DNA from: a virus
Length of the DNA stretch: 64,000 nt
Strand: one strand, 5' to 3'
Virus record (IMG/VR): IMGVR_UViG_3300014208_000005
Location: 1 to 64,000 of that record
Shown: piece by piece, positions 37,976-46,270 of the stretch
Position numbering within the stretch: the stretch's first letter is position 1
Layout of the letters: each line of letters starts with the position of its first letter
Notes under the pieces: generated by a model
The model's input: only the letters and a program-made list of their open reading frames with translations
What the model was told of the DNA's origin: nothing
Databases searched by the model: none
Program-made: the position numbers and the translations under genes

Positions 37976-38773
37976 TTACGACCACTCACTCTTTTGTTCT
38001 GCTGAAGGTTCAGCGTCTGGTGTTGCTTGTGGTTCAGTTGGGACGAATTCCTTGAGTTGGTAGGAAATAAAACGGTTCTTCTTAGCAACCTTGAATTCCT
38101 TCATCCAATTCGTAAGTCCTGTGATATTCCAAGGCTCATGATGGCTTGTGTAAATACCAGCGTAAACTTTACCTTCTTGAACACGAACTTCAATCATTGA
38201 CCTTACGATATTGTCTTTAAACAGCGTTAGAATATCACGAAGTTCTTTCACATTTCCTCTGATCAACGCTGACCAGTCATCAATAGATACTTCATCACCA
38301 CTACCAGCATTAACCCAAGCACGAAGGAACTTAATAAGTTCGATTTCGCCTTCTCTTGCCACATGCTGTCCGTTAGTTTTCCACCAGGAAGCTGCTGGTT
38401 GTTGGCCTGCTGCAACACTGCAAATAGAACCAAAACTGTTAACAAATACGGTAGTAGTACCATCTTCCTTACCTTTTAATTTGTCTGAAATGAAAATTGA
38501 TTCCTTTTGAATTAACTGTTTTTCGATGCCTAATTCTTCAAGAGATTTATCAGGACCACCTACAACAGGTTTTTCCGGTAATACTGATTGACACCAGATA
38601 TCAATCCTTGTTTTCTCTCCTAAGTATTCAGGTTCTTTTTGTGCATTAACTCCTAATGCAATGAGTTGTTCTTGTGTCGGATTTATTGCTACCACTTTAA
38701 ATGGTGCAATTCCGTAAATTGTTCGGAAACTTTTAGTTACTTCTACGTTTCCAGTGTTACCTTTAACTGCCAT
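37976..38773 (-). CDS. Putative single-stranded DNA-binding protein
   Basis: VVAINPT..., acidic tail ending in an aromatic residue (EWS); lies between primase and ATPase. Confidence 0.5.
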   Translation of the reverse strand: MAVKGNTGNVEVTKSFRTIYGIAPFKVVAINPTQEQLIALGVNAQKEPEYLGEKTRIDIWCQSVLPEKPVVGGPDKSLEELGIEKQLIQKESIFISDKLKGKEDGTTTVFVNSFGSICSVAAGQQPAASWWKTNGQHVAREGEIELIKFLRAWVNAGSGDEVSIDDWSALIRGNVKELRDILTLFKDNIVRSMIEVRVQEGKVYAGIYTSHHEPWNITGLTNWMKEFKVAKKNRFISYQLKEFVPTEPQATPDAEPSAEQKSEWS

Positions 38774-38775
38774 AG

Positions 38776-39129
38776 TTACGCTGTTGCTGTTAAATCATCA
38801 ATAATAGTGTACTTCTTAGTTCCTTTAGTTGCGCGTTTTCCTGTTTTGTATTCCATTCCTAAATCAGATAGTGCATTAGTCAAATCATCATATGTAATAT
38901 GATAATTCTCACACACTTCTAAAAACTTCTTTTCTCTTTCTGTAAGTTCTTCTGGTTTTTCTGCTGTTTCAGCCTTCATGAATTTCATTTCAATCAAAGC
39001 CATTCTCATTTGTTGATTACTTAACCCGTAACGCGAAGCAAGCTGGGGTAAAGTCATCCCCATTCCACGCGCGATAGCTACCTGCTGTTTACTTAATGTA
39101 ACAGTCATAGATACATTACCTTCTGTCAT
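38776..39129 (-). CDS. HTH DNA-binding protein
   Basis: GMTLPQLASRYGLSNQQMR. Confidence 0.55.
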   Translation of the reverse strand: MTEGNVSMTVTLSKQQVAIARGMGMTLPQLASRYGLSNQQMRMALIEMKFMKAETAEKPEELTEREKKFLEVCENYHITYDDLTNALSDLGMEYKTGKRATKGTKKYTIIDDLTATA

Positions 39130-39146
39130 GTTAGTTGTTTTTATGT

Positions 39147-39875
39147 TTAGTTTTTAAATATTAGCTTCCAATCAGCTTCAATGTCTTTACCCTTAAGGTG
39201 TTCAACGCGAGCACCGCAAGCAACTTCATCTGAAGCAATAAAATTTATTCTTAATTCTCCTTCTTCTGTGCGATACATGTAACCAATTGCATCAGCATTA
39301 GCACATGTAATGGATTTAATCTTTCCTGTTAAATCCAATTCTTTAGCTGAAATTTCCTTACCTTTCCTTTCAATGGACTTATCTTTCAGATGTGCCACAA
39401 GAATCAGATGATCTGTAACTGTAGCCATTCTGTCAATCCATTTCTTAAATGAAGTCCTGAGCCACAAATACCCAGCTCCATTAGGTAAACTTAAAACAGA
39501 TTCCCATTTCTCTTTAGGCAATATTTGCCCCTGAGGATTTCTGTTAAAAGCTTTACCTACTAAGCTATTCATGTAAGTTTCTGTAGCTTCCCATTCACAC
39601 CAGTCTTCTAATTTTGATACTGTGTCGATAGTGACGTATTTGTAAGGTTTTCCAGCTTTAATAATTCCTTGACCAACTTCCCCTAATTCCGTAAGACTAT
39701 TCACTTCAACTTTTAATGCTGTAACAAACTTACTTCCTTTCTCTAAGTCAATTATCAGATTATTTTCAAGTTGACTCATGAAAGTAGTTTTGCCCATTTT
39801 AGGCTGTGAGTAAATAATTATTCTTCCTGGATTTTGAGTTGTTGGTTCAATTACTTTTGTTGGTAATTCAATCAT
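39147..39875 (-). CDS. AAA ATPase (AAA_24/Sak4-like)
   Basis: YSQPKMGKTT, IIDLEKGS, VTIDTVS, GAGYLWLR, ILVAH. Confidence 0.8.
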   Translation of the reverse strand: MIELPTKVIEPTTQNPGRIIIYSQPKMGKTTFMSQLENNLIIDLEKGSKFVTALKVEVNSLTELGEVGQGIIKAGKPYKYVTIDTVSKLEDWCEWEATETYMNSLVGKAFNRNPQGQILPKEKWESVLSLPNGAGYLWLRTSFKKWIDRMATVTDHLILVAHLKDKSIERKGKEISAKELDLTGKIKSITCANADAIGYMYRTEEGELRINFIASDEVACGARVEHLKGKDIEADWKLIFKN

Positions 39876-40957
39876 TGTACTTTTTTAATTTTTATTATTC
39901 GTTGATATTCTTCCGACGTCATCAAATCTGCTTGGGGGAGTTCCCTGAACAAACCCGCCTCACCTAAGTAGCTGAGTCCCAATGAGATATTACTACTACC
40001 GTCTCTTGACTTTAGTATCCTTAATCCTCTAAACCTGTCTTGTAATTTCTTAATGTCATACCCTCGATAAGTTCCTAGTTGAAACATAAAAGGATTAGTT
40101 AAAGTAATTACGTAATGAGCGCTCATTGTAACGTCGCTGGAATCAGCAAAATCATCCAATCTTGGATCAATGTCGCTTGAATTAATCCTGTCAGTATTAG
40201 AATTTCCTCTATTCAACTGCTGAACAATAATAGTTGTTTGATAATAATCATTAGTAAATGAAATAGAATCTTCAACAATTTTGTCAATAGTTTGTTTGGT
40301 GTTCATTCCTTGTTGTGATCGTGCTAACTTTATGTGGTCGAAAATTACAAAAGTGTAAGTATTAGGTTTATTTGGAATGTACCTATCAAAAACTTGAATT
40401 GTCTTTTGTTGACCATCTTCCATTATTGTTATTGGATGACGCTCTTCCTTACCATTATTAAGATAGTAACCCTTTAATAATTTTGATATTCCTGTTGGGT
40501 TATTGGACCCTAATATTGTAGCAACATCTTCAAACTCTTCAAAATACTTCCTAACTTCTAGTACCTTATCATACACTTCTTGACTTATTCTATTAGACCC
40601 CCTTGAGAGTACGTAATTAACATCGCAGAGTATTCCGTACTCCTTAAATAACCTGCGACAGATTCCTTTTGTCATTAAAATATCAGAATGCATTTCCATT
40701 GAAAAGATAAACATTTTTAAATTAATATCTTCTCCAGCAGCTTTTCTCCTTAAATAATCATCGAATGGAGAGTAACACATTGAACTCATTGTGAACGATG
40801 TTTTACCAGCCCCAATATTTGATGCAATGCAATAAATTGTACTTGGCTGCACTCCTGGAACATATTCAGAGAGCTTGGGGTAACTCATGTTTAATCCTCG
40901 GTTGCCTCCAAGCCTACCCCTGTCAATATTAGTAACAACACTATCAAAAATTGACAC
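39872..40957 (-). CDS. dnaB: DnaB-like (SF4) replicative helicase
   Basis: Walker A GAGKTS, FSMEM, IFDHI, VQQLNR, ILKSRDG. Confidence 0.85.
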   Translation of the reverse strand: MSIFDSVVTNIDRGRLGGNRGLNMSYPKLSEYVPGVQPSTIYCIASNIGAGKTSFTMSSMCYSPFDDYLRRKAAGEDINLKMFIFSMEMHSDILMTKGICRRLFKEYGILCDVNYVLSRGSNRISQEVYDKVLEVRKYFEEFEDVATILGSNNPTGISKLLKGYYLNNGKEERHPITIMEDGQQKTIQVFDRYIPNKPNTYTFVIFDHIKLARSQQGMNTKQTIDKIVEDSISFTNDYYQTTIIVQQLNRGNSNTDRINSSDIDPRLDDFADSSDVTMSAHYVITLTNPFMFQLGTYRGYDIKKLQDRFRGLRILKSRDGSSNISLGLSYLGEAGLFRELPQADLMTSEEYQRIIKIKKVQ

Positions 40958-40960
40958 CTA

Positions 40961-41206
40961 TTAACCTCCTTTTTTTAAATCATAAATAATTCCTTCTCCT
41001 TTACACAATTCCTTACAATCAAATCCAGTTGCATCAGACAACCTTTCAACAATGTCTTCCGTTAGCTTATTAAATGCGTGAAAGTTTTTAAGGATGTTTA
41101 CAACCTGTTCTTCCATGCATTGTTCTATCTGATGATTGTAGGATTGAACAATAGAGTTATTTGGTAAGTTATCTTTAAGTATTTGTTGCGTTATTTTGTT
41201 CATCAT
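40961..41206 (-). CDS. Hypothetical protein
   Basis: 81-aa ORF. Confidence 0.5.
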   Translation of the reverse strand: MMNKITQQILKDNLPNNSIVQSYNHQIEQCMEEQVVNILKNFHAFNKLTEDIVERLSDATGFDCKELCKGEGIIYDLKKGG

Positions 41207-41269
41207 ACCACTTTCCTTCCTTTCTGCCGGTCATCTCTCCCGGCTGGTTAAATATGCGTTCTTTCTTAA

Positions 41270-41386
41270 TTAAACTCCCCCTGGTTTTGGCGGATTACAT
41301 GGACGTCCACTTGGCCTACTATTAGGACGACATTCTGCCATTTGCACAGTACTTTGTGCCAATATTTTTGGTTTTGTATAAATCAT
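41270..41386 (-). CDS. 38-aa peptide MIYTKPKILAQSTVQMAECRPNSRPSGRPCNPPKPGGV (RiPP-precursor-like; not in ORF track)
   Basis: Manual translation; ATG 10 nt after the upstream stop; YxKPxI leader-like motif, Cys/Pro/Gly-rich core. Confidence 0.55.
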   Translation of the reverse strand: MIYTKPKILAQSTVQMAECRPNSRPSGRPCNPPKPGGV

Positions 41387-41396
41387 ACCCGGTTGG

Positions 41397-41747
41397 TTAA
41401 ATTAAATTATCATCAATATAATCAGATAATAATTCTCTGGCTTCTTGTAATTTTATTATTGAAGCTGTAAGTCTTTCATCAGCTCCAATTTCTTCAATCT
41501 CATGCATGGCTTTTGTAATTGTAATCTCAGATGAATGACATTCAGTAAGATTGCTTCTTCTTGGCACGCCAGATGCGGTGTTATTGTTAGCCGCTATTAA
41601 TGTAACGGTAAATGAAATATTCCACATTGGTATAAATTCGACTTTATTTGAATCGTCAAACCATACCGGGAGTAATCCATCATGATGTGGAATGATTGAC
41701 GATGCTGCTCCTTTTCTACCATTTACGGTAACTTTTATTTTTTCCAT
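41397..41747 (-). CDS. Hypothetical protein, probably a chimera of two small genes
   Basis: Junction LIAAN/NNTASG; C-terminal half PRRS...ADERLT. Confidence 0.55.
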   Translation of the reverse strand: MEKIKVTVNGRKGAASSIIPHHDGLLPVWFDDSNKVEFIPMWNISFTVTLIAANNNTASGVPRRSNLTECHSSEITITKAMHEIEEIGADERLTASIIKLQEARELLSDYIDDNLI

Positions 41748-41788
41748 ACTACTTTTTTCAGTTTTTATTTTTTAGCGGGACGTTAGCA

Positions 41789-42025
41789 TTAATTTGCCCT
41801 CGCACCCTCAAAAGTTGTATAGAACGTATCAATAACTACTTTCACGTCATCCATTTTGCCAATCTCTCGTTTAAGTTCTTCGATTGCTCTCTTTTCAGCA
41901 TCCGCTTTACCTTCTTTCTTGTTGTTAGCTTCAATTATGTAACGGTAAGTTTCGCTACTTTTCCAAGGTTCATTTTCGGAGTTGTCGGTAAAGCTAACCG
42001 TACATTCAGCATAATAAGTTTTCAT
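41789..42025 (-). CDS. Hypothetical protein
   Basis: 78-aa ORF. Confidence 0.55.
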   Translation of the reverse strand: MKTYYAECTVSFTDNSENEPWKSSETYRYIIEANNKKEGKADAEKRAIEELKREIGKMDDVKVVIDTFYTTFEGARAN

Positions 42026-42275
42026 TTCGTTATATTTTTACAGGTTCGCTTGCTTTTTTACCTGTGTGACACAAACAACCGACCCCTAGTGCTATCTGCT
42101 GTAATCTTTGATAATTATCTTTATTCACCCAATAAAAGTTATTGGTGAAATACTTTTCTTTAAATTTTACTCTTTTCATAGGTTTGTTTTTAACTCACCG
42201 CCCGGCACAAGATTAGGTTATTCTCATTTTAGCATTCAAATAATCCGATTCATAAACTTTTGGAATTTCTTTCAT

Positions 42276-42491
42276 TTAAACCTCCATTCCATCAGGGTAT
42301 TTAGTTGATAAGGGCCTGTAATCTTCGTTTGCAGTTTTACCACATTTTTTACAAATCATTTTGGGTATTACTTGTTGATGAAAATAACTGTCATCATAAC
42401 CACCTTTTGTCTCAGTATTACCACAATGTTCACATTCATAAATTGCTCTAAAATCTCTTCTGTTTTGTGATGTAATTTTTCTTATTCTCAT
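42276..42491 (-). CDS. Zn-ribbon protein
   Basis: RRDFRAIYECEHCG...CKKCGK. Confidence 0.65.
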   Translation of the reverse strand: MRIRKITSQNRRDFRAIYECEHCGNTETKGGYDDSYFHQQVIPKMICKKCGKTANEDYRPLSTKYPDGMEV

Positions 42492-42493
42492 TT

Positions 42494-43102
42494 TTAAATG
42501 TTTTTAGTAAATTCTTCTGGTTGAACAAATTCTTCTGTTTTTATTTCTTCAAGGTAGGTAAGAACCATGTGCGTTTTATTACCAGCGTTATCCTCTTTAC
42601 TTAGGAAATAGTGACTCCTAACTAAGTAACGATAGCCGTCTTTAGCACACGTACTGATGTAATATTTCGCCGCTTTCATTACATCTTCCTTAGTGTATTG
42701 AGGGTATGTTGTGAGTAACCACGTCATATTTTTCACAGCCATTTCACGGTCGCCGATACACCCAGGTTTCTTACCTTTAAATAATTCCCTGTATTCATCA
42801 ATCCACTCTGTAATACCCATGTCAGTTGAGCTATTCAACAACTCAAGAAATTTCTGACGTACTTCGATATCTTTTGGTGGATGACTTCCGGTGATTTTAA
42901 TCCACCCGTCTTCCTGAAGCAAGTCATAAATTTCATTAATGTAAGTTGTTGAATAGCCAAATAACTTCATTACCAACCTCTCTGCCAATTTGTATTCTTT
43001 CTTATGAATTAACAATAAAAGTAAGTATTGGTCTGGCATTAAAGTGGAGTTGAGCATTGAATCAACATTAACCTGTAATGTGATTTTGTAAGTTTCGCTC
43101 AT
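42494..43102 (-). CDS. Putative replication-associated DNA-binding protein
   Basis: wHTH-like N-terminus (LLQEDGWIKIT) and DnaD-like C-terminus (YTKEDVMKAAKYYI). Confidence 0.45.
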   Translation of the reverse strand: MSETYKITLQVNVDSMLNSTLMPDQYLLLLLIHKKEYKLAERLVMKLFGYSTTYINEIYDLLQEDGWIKITGSHPPKDIEVRQKFLELLNSSTDMGITEWIDEYRELFKGKKPGCIGDREMAVKNMTWLLTTYPQYTKEDVMKAAKYYISTCAKDGYRYLVRSHYFLSKEDNAGNKTHMVLTYLEEIKTEEFVQPEEFTKNI

Positions 43103-43505
43103 ATTGTGGTCTTGTGTCTATTGTAAAGTATTTGAGCCAGTCTCTTGGTCCTACAGAGTGTGTAAGATTTCCATCATCCCATTGATTATCCTTTAATACT
43201 AAATTTTCTCCGTCTGATTGATCCATTTTACAAATCAATTCATATGTCTTTCCTTTAGTAAAAGCAATATCTCCATCTTCCATCCTCAAATCTTTACTGC
43301 AAAGATAATAAATTGGACCGTCTTCAATGAAAAATTTCATCCAACCATTATTACTTAAAACGTGTCCTCTTCCTTGGTCGTTAATTAACGTGCATTCGTG
43401 AGTTCTTTCACTTGTTACTTTATACTTTTGTCCTGTGGTAAATCTTTGTTCACCATTATCCATAAACAAATCCTTTGTGCAAATCATGTATTTTTTCATA
43501 TCCAT
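43068..43505 (-). CDS. Protein with two tandem SH3-like repeats
   Basis: ICTKDLFMDNGEQRFTTGQKY...WMKFF / LCSKDLRMEDGDIAFTKGKTY...WLKYF. Confidence 0.6.
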   Translation of the reverse strand: MDMKKYMICTKDLFMDNGEQRFTTGQKYKVTSERTHECTLINDQGRGHVLSNNGWMKFFIEDGPIYYLCSKDLRMEDGDIAFTKGKTYELICKMDQSDGENLVLKDNQWDDGNLTHSVGPRDWLKYFTIDTRPQYERNLQNHITG

Positions 43506-43726
43506 GTTTTTTCTGTTATGTAAACTTCATCTAAACTCGTTTCCAATTCTTCAATTTCAAATCCCAATGATGCCCATTCTGTAAGTTCATCCATTGTGAT
43601 AGCGTCTTCAGGAAATTCCGCTTCCAAAAGTTCGTGTAAATCTTCAATATTAACTGGCTTTCCGTACATTATTCCTATTAGCTGTACGTCAAGATCCACT
43701 AATGAAAGTCTAGATGTCATTTCCAT
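43496..43726 (-). CDS. Acidic hypothetical protein
   Basis: 76 aa, D/E-rich. Confidence 0.55.
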   Translation of the reverse strand: MEMTSRLSLVDLDVQLIGIMYGKPVNIEDLHELLEAEFPEDAITMDELTEWASLGFEIEELETSLDEVYITEKTWI

Positions 43727-43984
43727 TGTTTTTAGTTTTAAGGTTTAAAAATAAGATAGTATTCTATCTCTTTAATTATCTCCTCTTTGTTAATGAGTTC
43801 TTCTTTTAGTTTACTGACCCAGCCCTGTAGCTTTATTTCAGGGACAGCAATTATGGTTTCTATTTCTGACATTAGTTAAGATTTACAAACATGAAAAATT
43901 TTGCATTGAATACTTCATCGTCTGTTAAAGGACTTGAAGTTAATTTGAAGTAAGTAAAGATGTTTTTAAATGGTATTTTCCAGT

Positions 43985-44206
43985 TCATTTTTCTTTCATC
44001 CTTTCTTCTAACATTAAATCTGCAATTCTGTAAGAGCTAACTATCGTAGTATTATCATCTATTCCGAATCCTTCAGAATTAGATAACATTCCGGTTAAAG
44101 CTGCTGCTGCAAAATAATCTCGTAAGGACATTCCAGTATTTAATTTCCCTGTTGCAGGAGAACTAACTGGAAACGCTGATGGATTTAGGATCTCTGATTT
44201 ACTCAT
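43985..44206 (-). CDS. Conserved phage protein (GMSLRDYFAA family)
   Basis: AFP...GMSLRDYFAAAAL...SYRIADLML. Confidence 0.75.
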   Translation of the reverse strand: MSKSEILNPSAFPVSSPATGKLNTGMSLRDYFAAAALTGMLSNSEGFGIDDNTTIVSSYRIADLMLEERMKEK

Positions 44207-44420
44207 CTTTATCTGTTTTTAATTGTTCTTCTTGACTCATTTTAACTATGTAATCGTAACCTGAAACTAATTCCGCAACAACTGTTTTAAACTCTTCTTT
44301 TGGAATTTGAAAACCAGTTAGCAGAAATATTTCAAACGTTTGAAGTTTACCTGTTAAAGTGTGATACCAATGATAACTTCCTACATCAGACTTTGTAAAT
44401 TCTGAGTATTTAACATCCAT
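44199..44420 (-). CDS. Hypothetical protein
   Basis: 73-aa coupled ORF. Confidence 0.5.
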   Translation of the reverse strand: MDVKYSEFTKSDVGSYHWYHTLTGKLQTFEIFLLTGFQIPKEEFKTVVAELVSGYDYIVKMSQEEQLKTDKDE

Positions 44421-44628
44421 CTTCTTCAGTTTTTGGTTGTGGTGGTAAAGCCCAATAGTAACTACAAGAGCCTTCTATTGGACCAGTGTTTTCAGACGGA
44501 CGTTCATCCAATCTAGGAGAACTTGAGAAATAAGATTGCCTGAATTCTGAGGGTGCTACCACAAAACGATAGCACCCATTTCTTACAGGACATTCATGGT
44601 CCGCGCATTTCGAGATATCCGGAGCCAT
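44410..44628 (-). CDS. Conserved small Cys-rich phage protein
   Basis: DISKC...CPVRNGCYRF...RQSYF...CSYYW. Confidence 0.65.
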   Translation of the reverse strand: MAPDISKCADHECPVRNGCYRFVVAPSEFRQSYFSSSPRLDERPSENTGPIEGSCSYYWALPPQPKTEEDGC

Positions 44629-44631
44629 TAC

Positions 44632-45057
44632 TTAGTCGTGTTTAACTGTGAAGTAAATCTCCTCAGGATAATGTCCTCCAAAAACCCATTCTGCTACAGA
44701 ACATAGCCAAATGTTCTTATGCAATTGATGAACTAAGTAGTTGCCTCCGGAAGAGTGTGTTGCGACGTAAACTAATCCTCTGCGATTCCAGATTTCGTAA
44801 ATCTCATGATCATTTGAGATGTTTAATGTGACAAAATTACGTCCGCCAGATAGCATCTCAAGAACGTCATCGGCTCCTGCGACCATTTGCAATGCCCCAT
44901 GTAAGCCTGGCCATTCTGGAATCACTGCGTACCAACAGCCATTAGATTCTTTCTCAAAAGACATCGTTGCTGTCAGACATTTGGTGCCTTCTGGAATCCT
45001 GGCTAAAGACAGTTTAAATAAGATGTAATACCATGTACGTTTAAGGAAGTCTTTCAT
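44632..45057 (-). CDS. Hypothetical protein (DUF6717-like)
   Basis: WYAVIPEWPG..LQMVAGADDVLE...WLCSVAEWVFGGHYPEEIY. Confidence 0.6.
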   Translation of the reverse strand: MKDFLKRTWYYILFKLSLARIPEGTKCLTATMSFEKESNGCWYAVIPEWPGLHGALQMVAGADDVLEMLSGGRNFVTLNISNDHEIYEIWNRRGLVYVATHSSGGNYLVHQLHKNIWLCSVAEWVFGGHYPEEIYFTVKHD

Positions 45058-45059
45058 GA

Positions 45060-46244
45060 TTACTTCTTCTCAGGAACAAGCATTAAAGCTGAGCCGACAC
45101 CATATTCATATTCTAATTTCCAATTGTAATCATTGTTTAACCAGAAAGCTTTACCATCGAGCCTTCCTCCTCCTCTGATAGAAATCATCACGTTTGTTGC
45201 ATTTGAGCCTCCTATTTGTGCGAATGCTCTTTTAGCTTCAAATTCTACTCGTGTGTCAACAGCTTTACTCTTAGGTTCCTTAAGCCAGGGAAATGCGCCT
45301 TCAAGTTTACTTTTCCATTCTGCGCAAATATTGTTGTAACAGCCAATTAAATCTTCCTTGTTACATTCACCTGTAACCAAGTTGACTTTAGGTAAGAATT
45401 TACTTCTCTGCTCTGAGTTCATCGCAATAATCCCATTTCCCAGGATTTCCATCGGGATAATAATTGTTTCGTTTGTTTTCATTTGTTTTGTGTTTAAATA
45501 GTGTTTGTTTAATTGTTCAAGTGTTACCTCAACGTACTGTTCAAGATTATCCATTCCTAAAGAGAACTTTGAATTGGACATTCCTAATCCATCAATGTTA
45601 TTAAAATAGTAGTAATGGTCTGTTCCGTTTCCTAACCATCCATTAGTACTTATTCTTGTTTTAACCTTCCTGATAAACTTCTCAAACCCATCTCTGTTAG
45701 TATTCTTGTACCTCCATTTTTCTGGGAAAGTTGTGTTTTCATTGTTGTTCATAATTGTTTCTGTTTTATTACCTGTTAATAATCTTTTCATTTCGTCGTA
45801 AGAATGTGTTATTTTTAAGTCCCAACATTCAAAAAACTCATCTCTGTTCCATCCAATATTAGGAATTCCTCTTGTCCAATAATTACTATTTAATGGTTCG
45901 GATAAGTTGTACCCAAATTTATCTGCTAATTTAACTAATTCGAGACGTTCTTCAATACTTTTACAAACACATCCTTCTCCTTCTTTAAATTCGTATTTCT
46001 CCATTTTTGGTAGGTGTTGAGTTAGTTTTTGTTTGAATCCTTCGATTGATAATTGGTAGTCACATCTTGATAGTTCGGTAAACCCCCAAGCATTTGTCCA
46101 CACAAATGGCATGTTAATCTGTCTTCCACTGATAGTCAATATGGATGTAAATCCACATTCTTTAGCCAATGTGCTTAGTTCTTCAAATTGTTCGACTGTT
46201 TTACAATAAACTCCTTCAAAGAGTCCTGGTTTCCATTTTTCCAT
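45060..46244 (-). CDS. Multi-module hypothetical protein
   Basis: 394 aa; two CK(T/S)xE modules and internal Met codons preceded by A-rich tracts. Confidence 0.6.
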   Translation of the reverse strand: MEKWKPGLFEGVYCKTVEQFEELSTLAKECGFTSILTISGRQINMPFVWTNAWGFTELSRCDYQLSIEGFKQKLTQHLPKMEKYEFKEGEGCVCKSIEERLELVKLADKFGYNLSEPLNSNYWTRGIPNIGWNRDEFFECWDLKITHSYDEMKRLLTGNKTETIMNNNENTTFPEKWRYKNTNRDGFEKFIRKVKTRISTNGWLGNGTDHYYYFNNIDGLGMSNSKFSLGMDNLEQYVEVTLEQLNKHYLNTKQMKTNETIIIPMEILGNGIIAMNSEQRSKFLPKVNLVTGECNKEDLIGCYNNICAEWKSKLEGAFPWLKEPKSKAVDTRVEFEAKRAFAQIGGSNATNVMISIRGGGRLDGKAFWLNNDYNWKLEYEYGVGSALMLVPEKK

Positions 46245-46270
46245 GATTTTTAAGATTTAAAAATTGTTAA

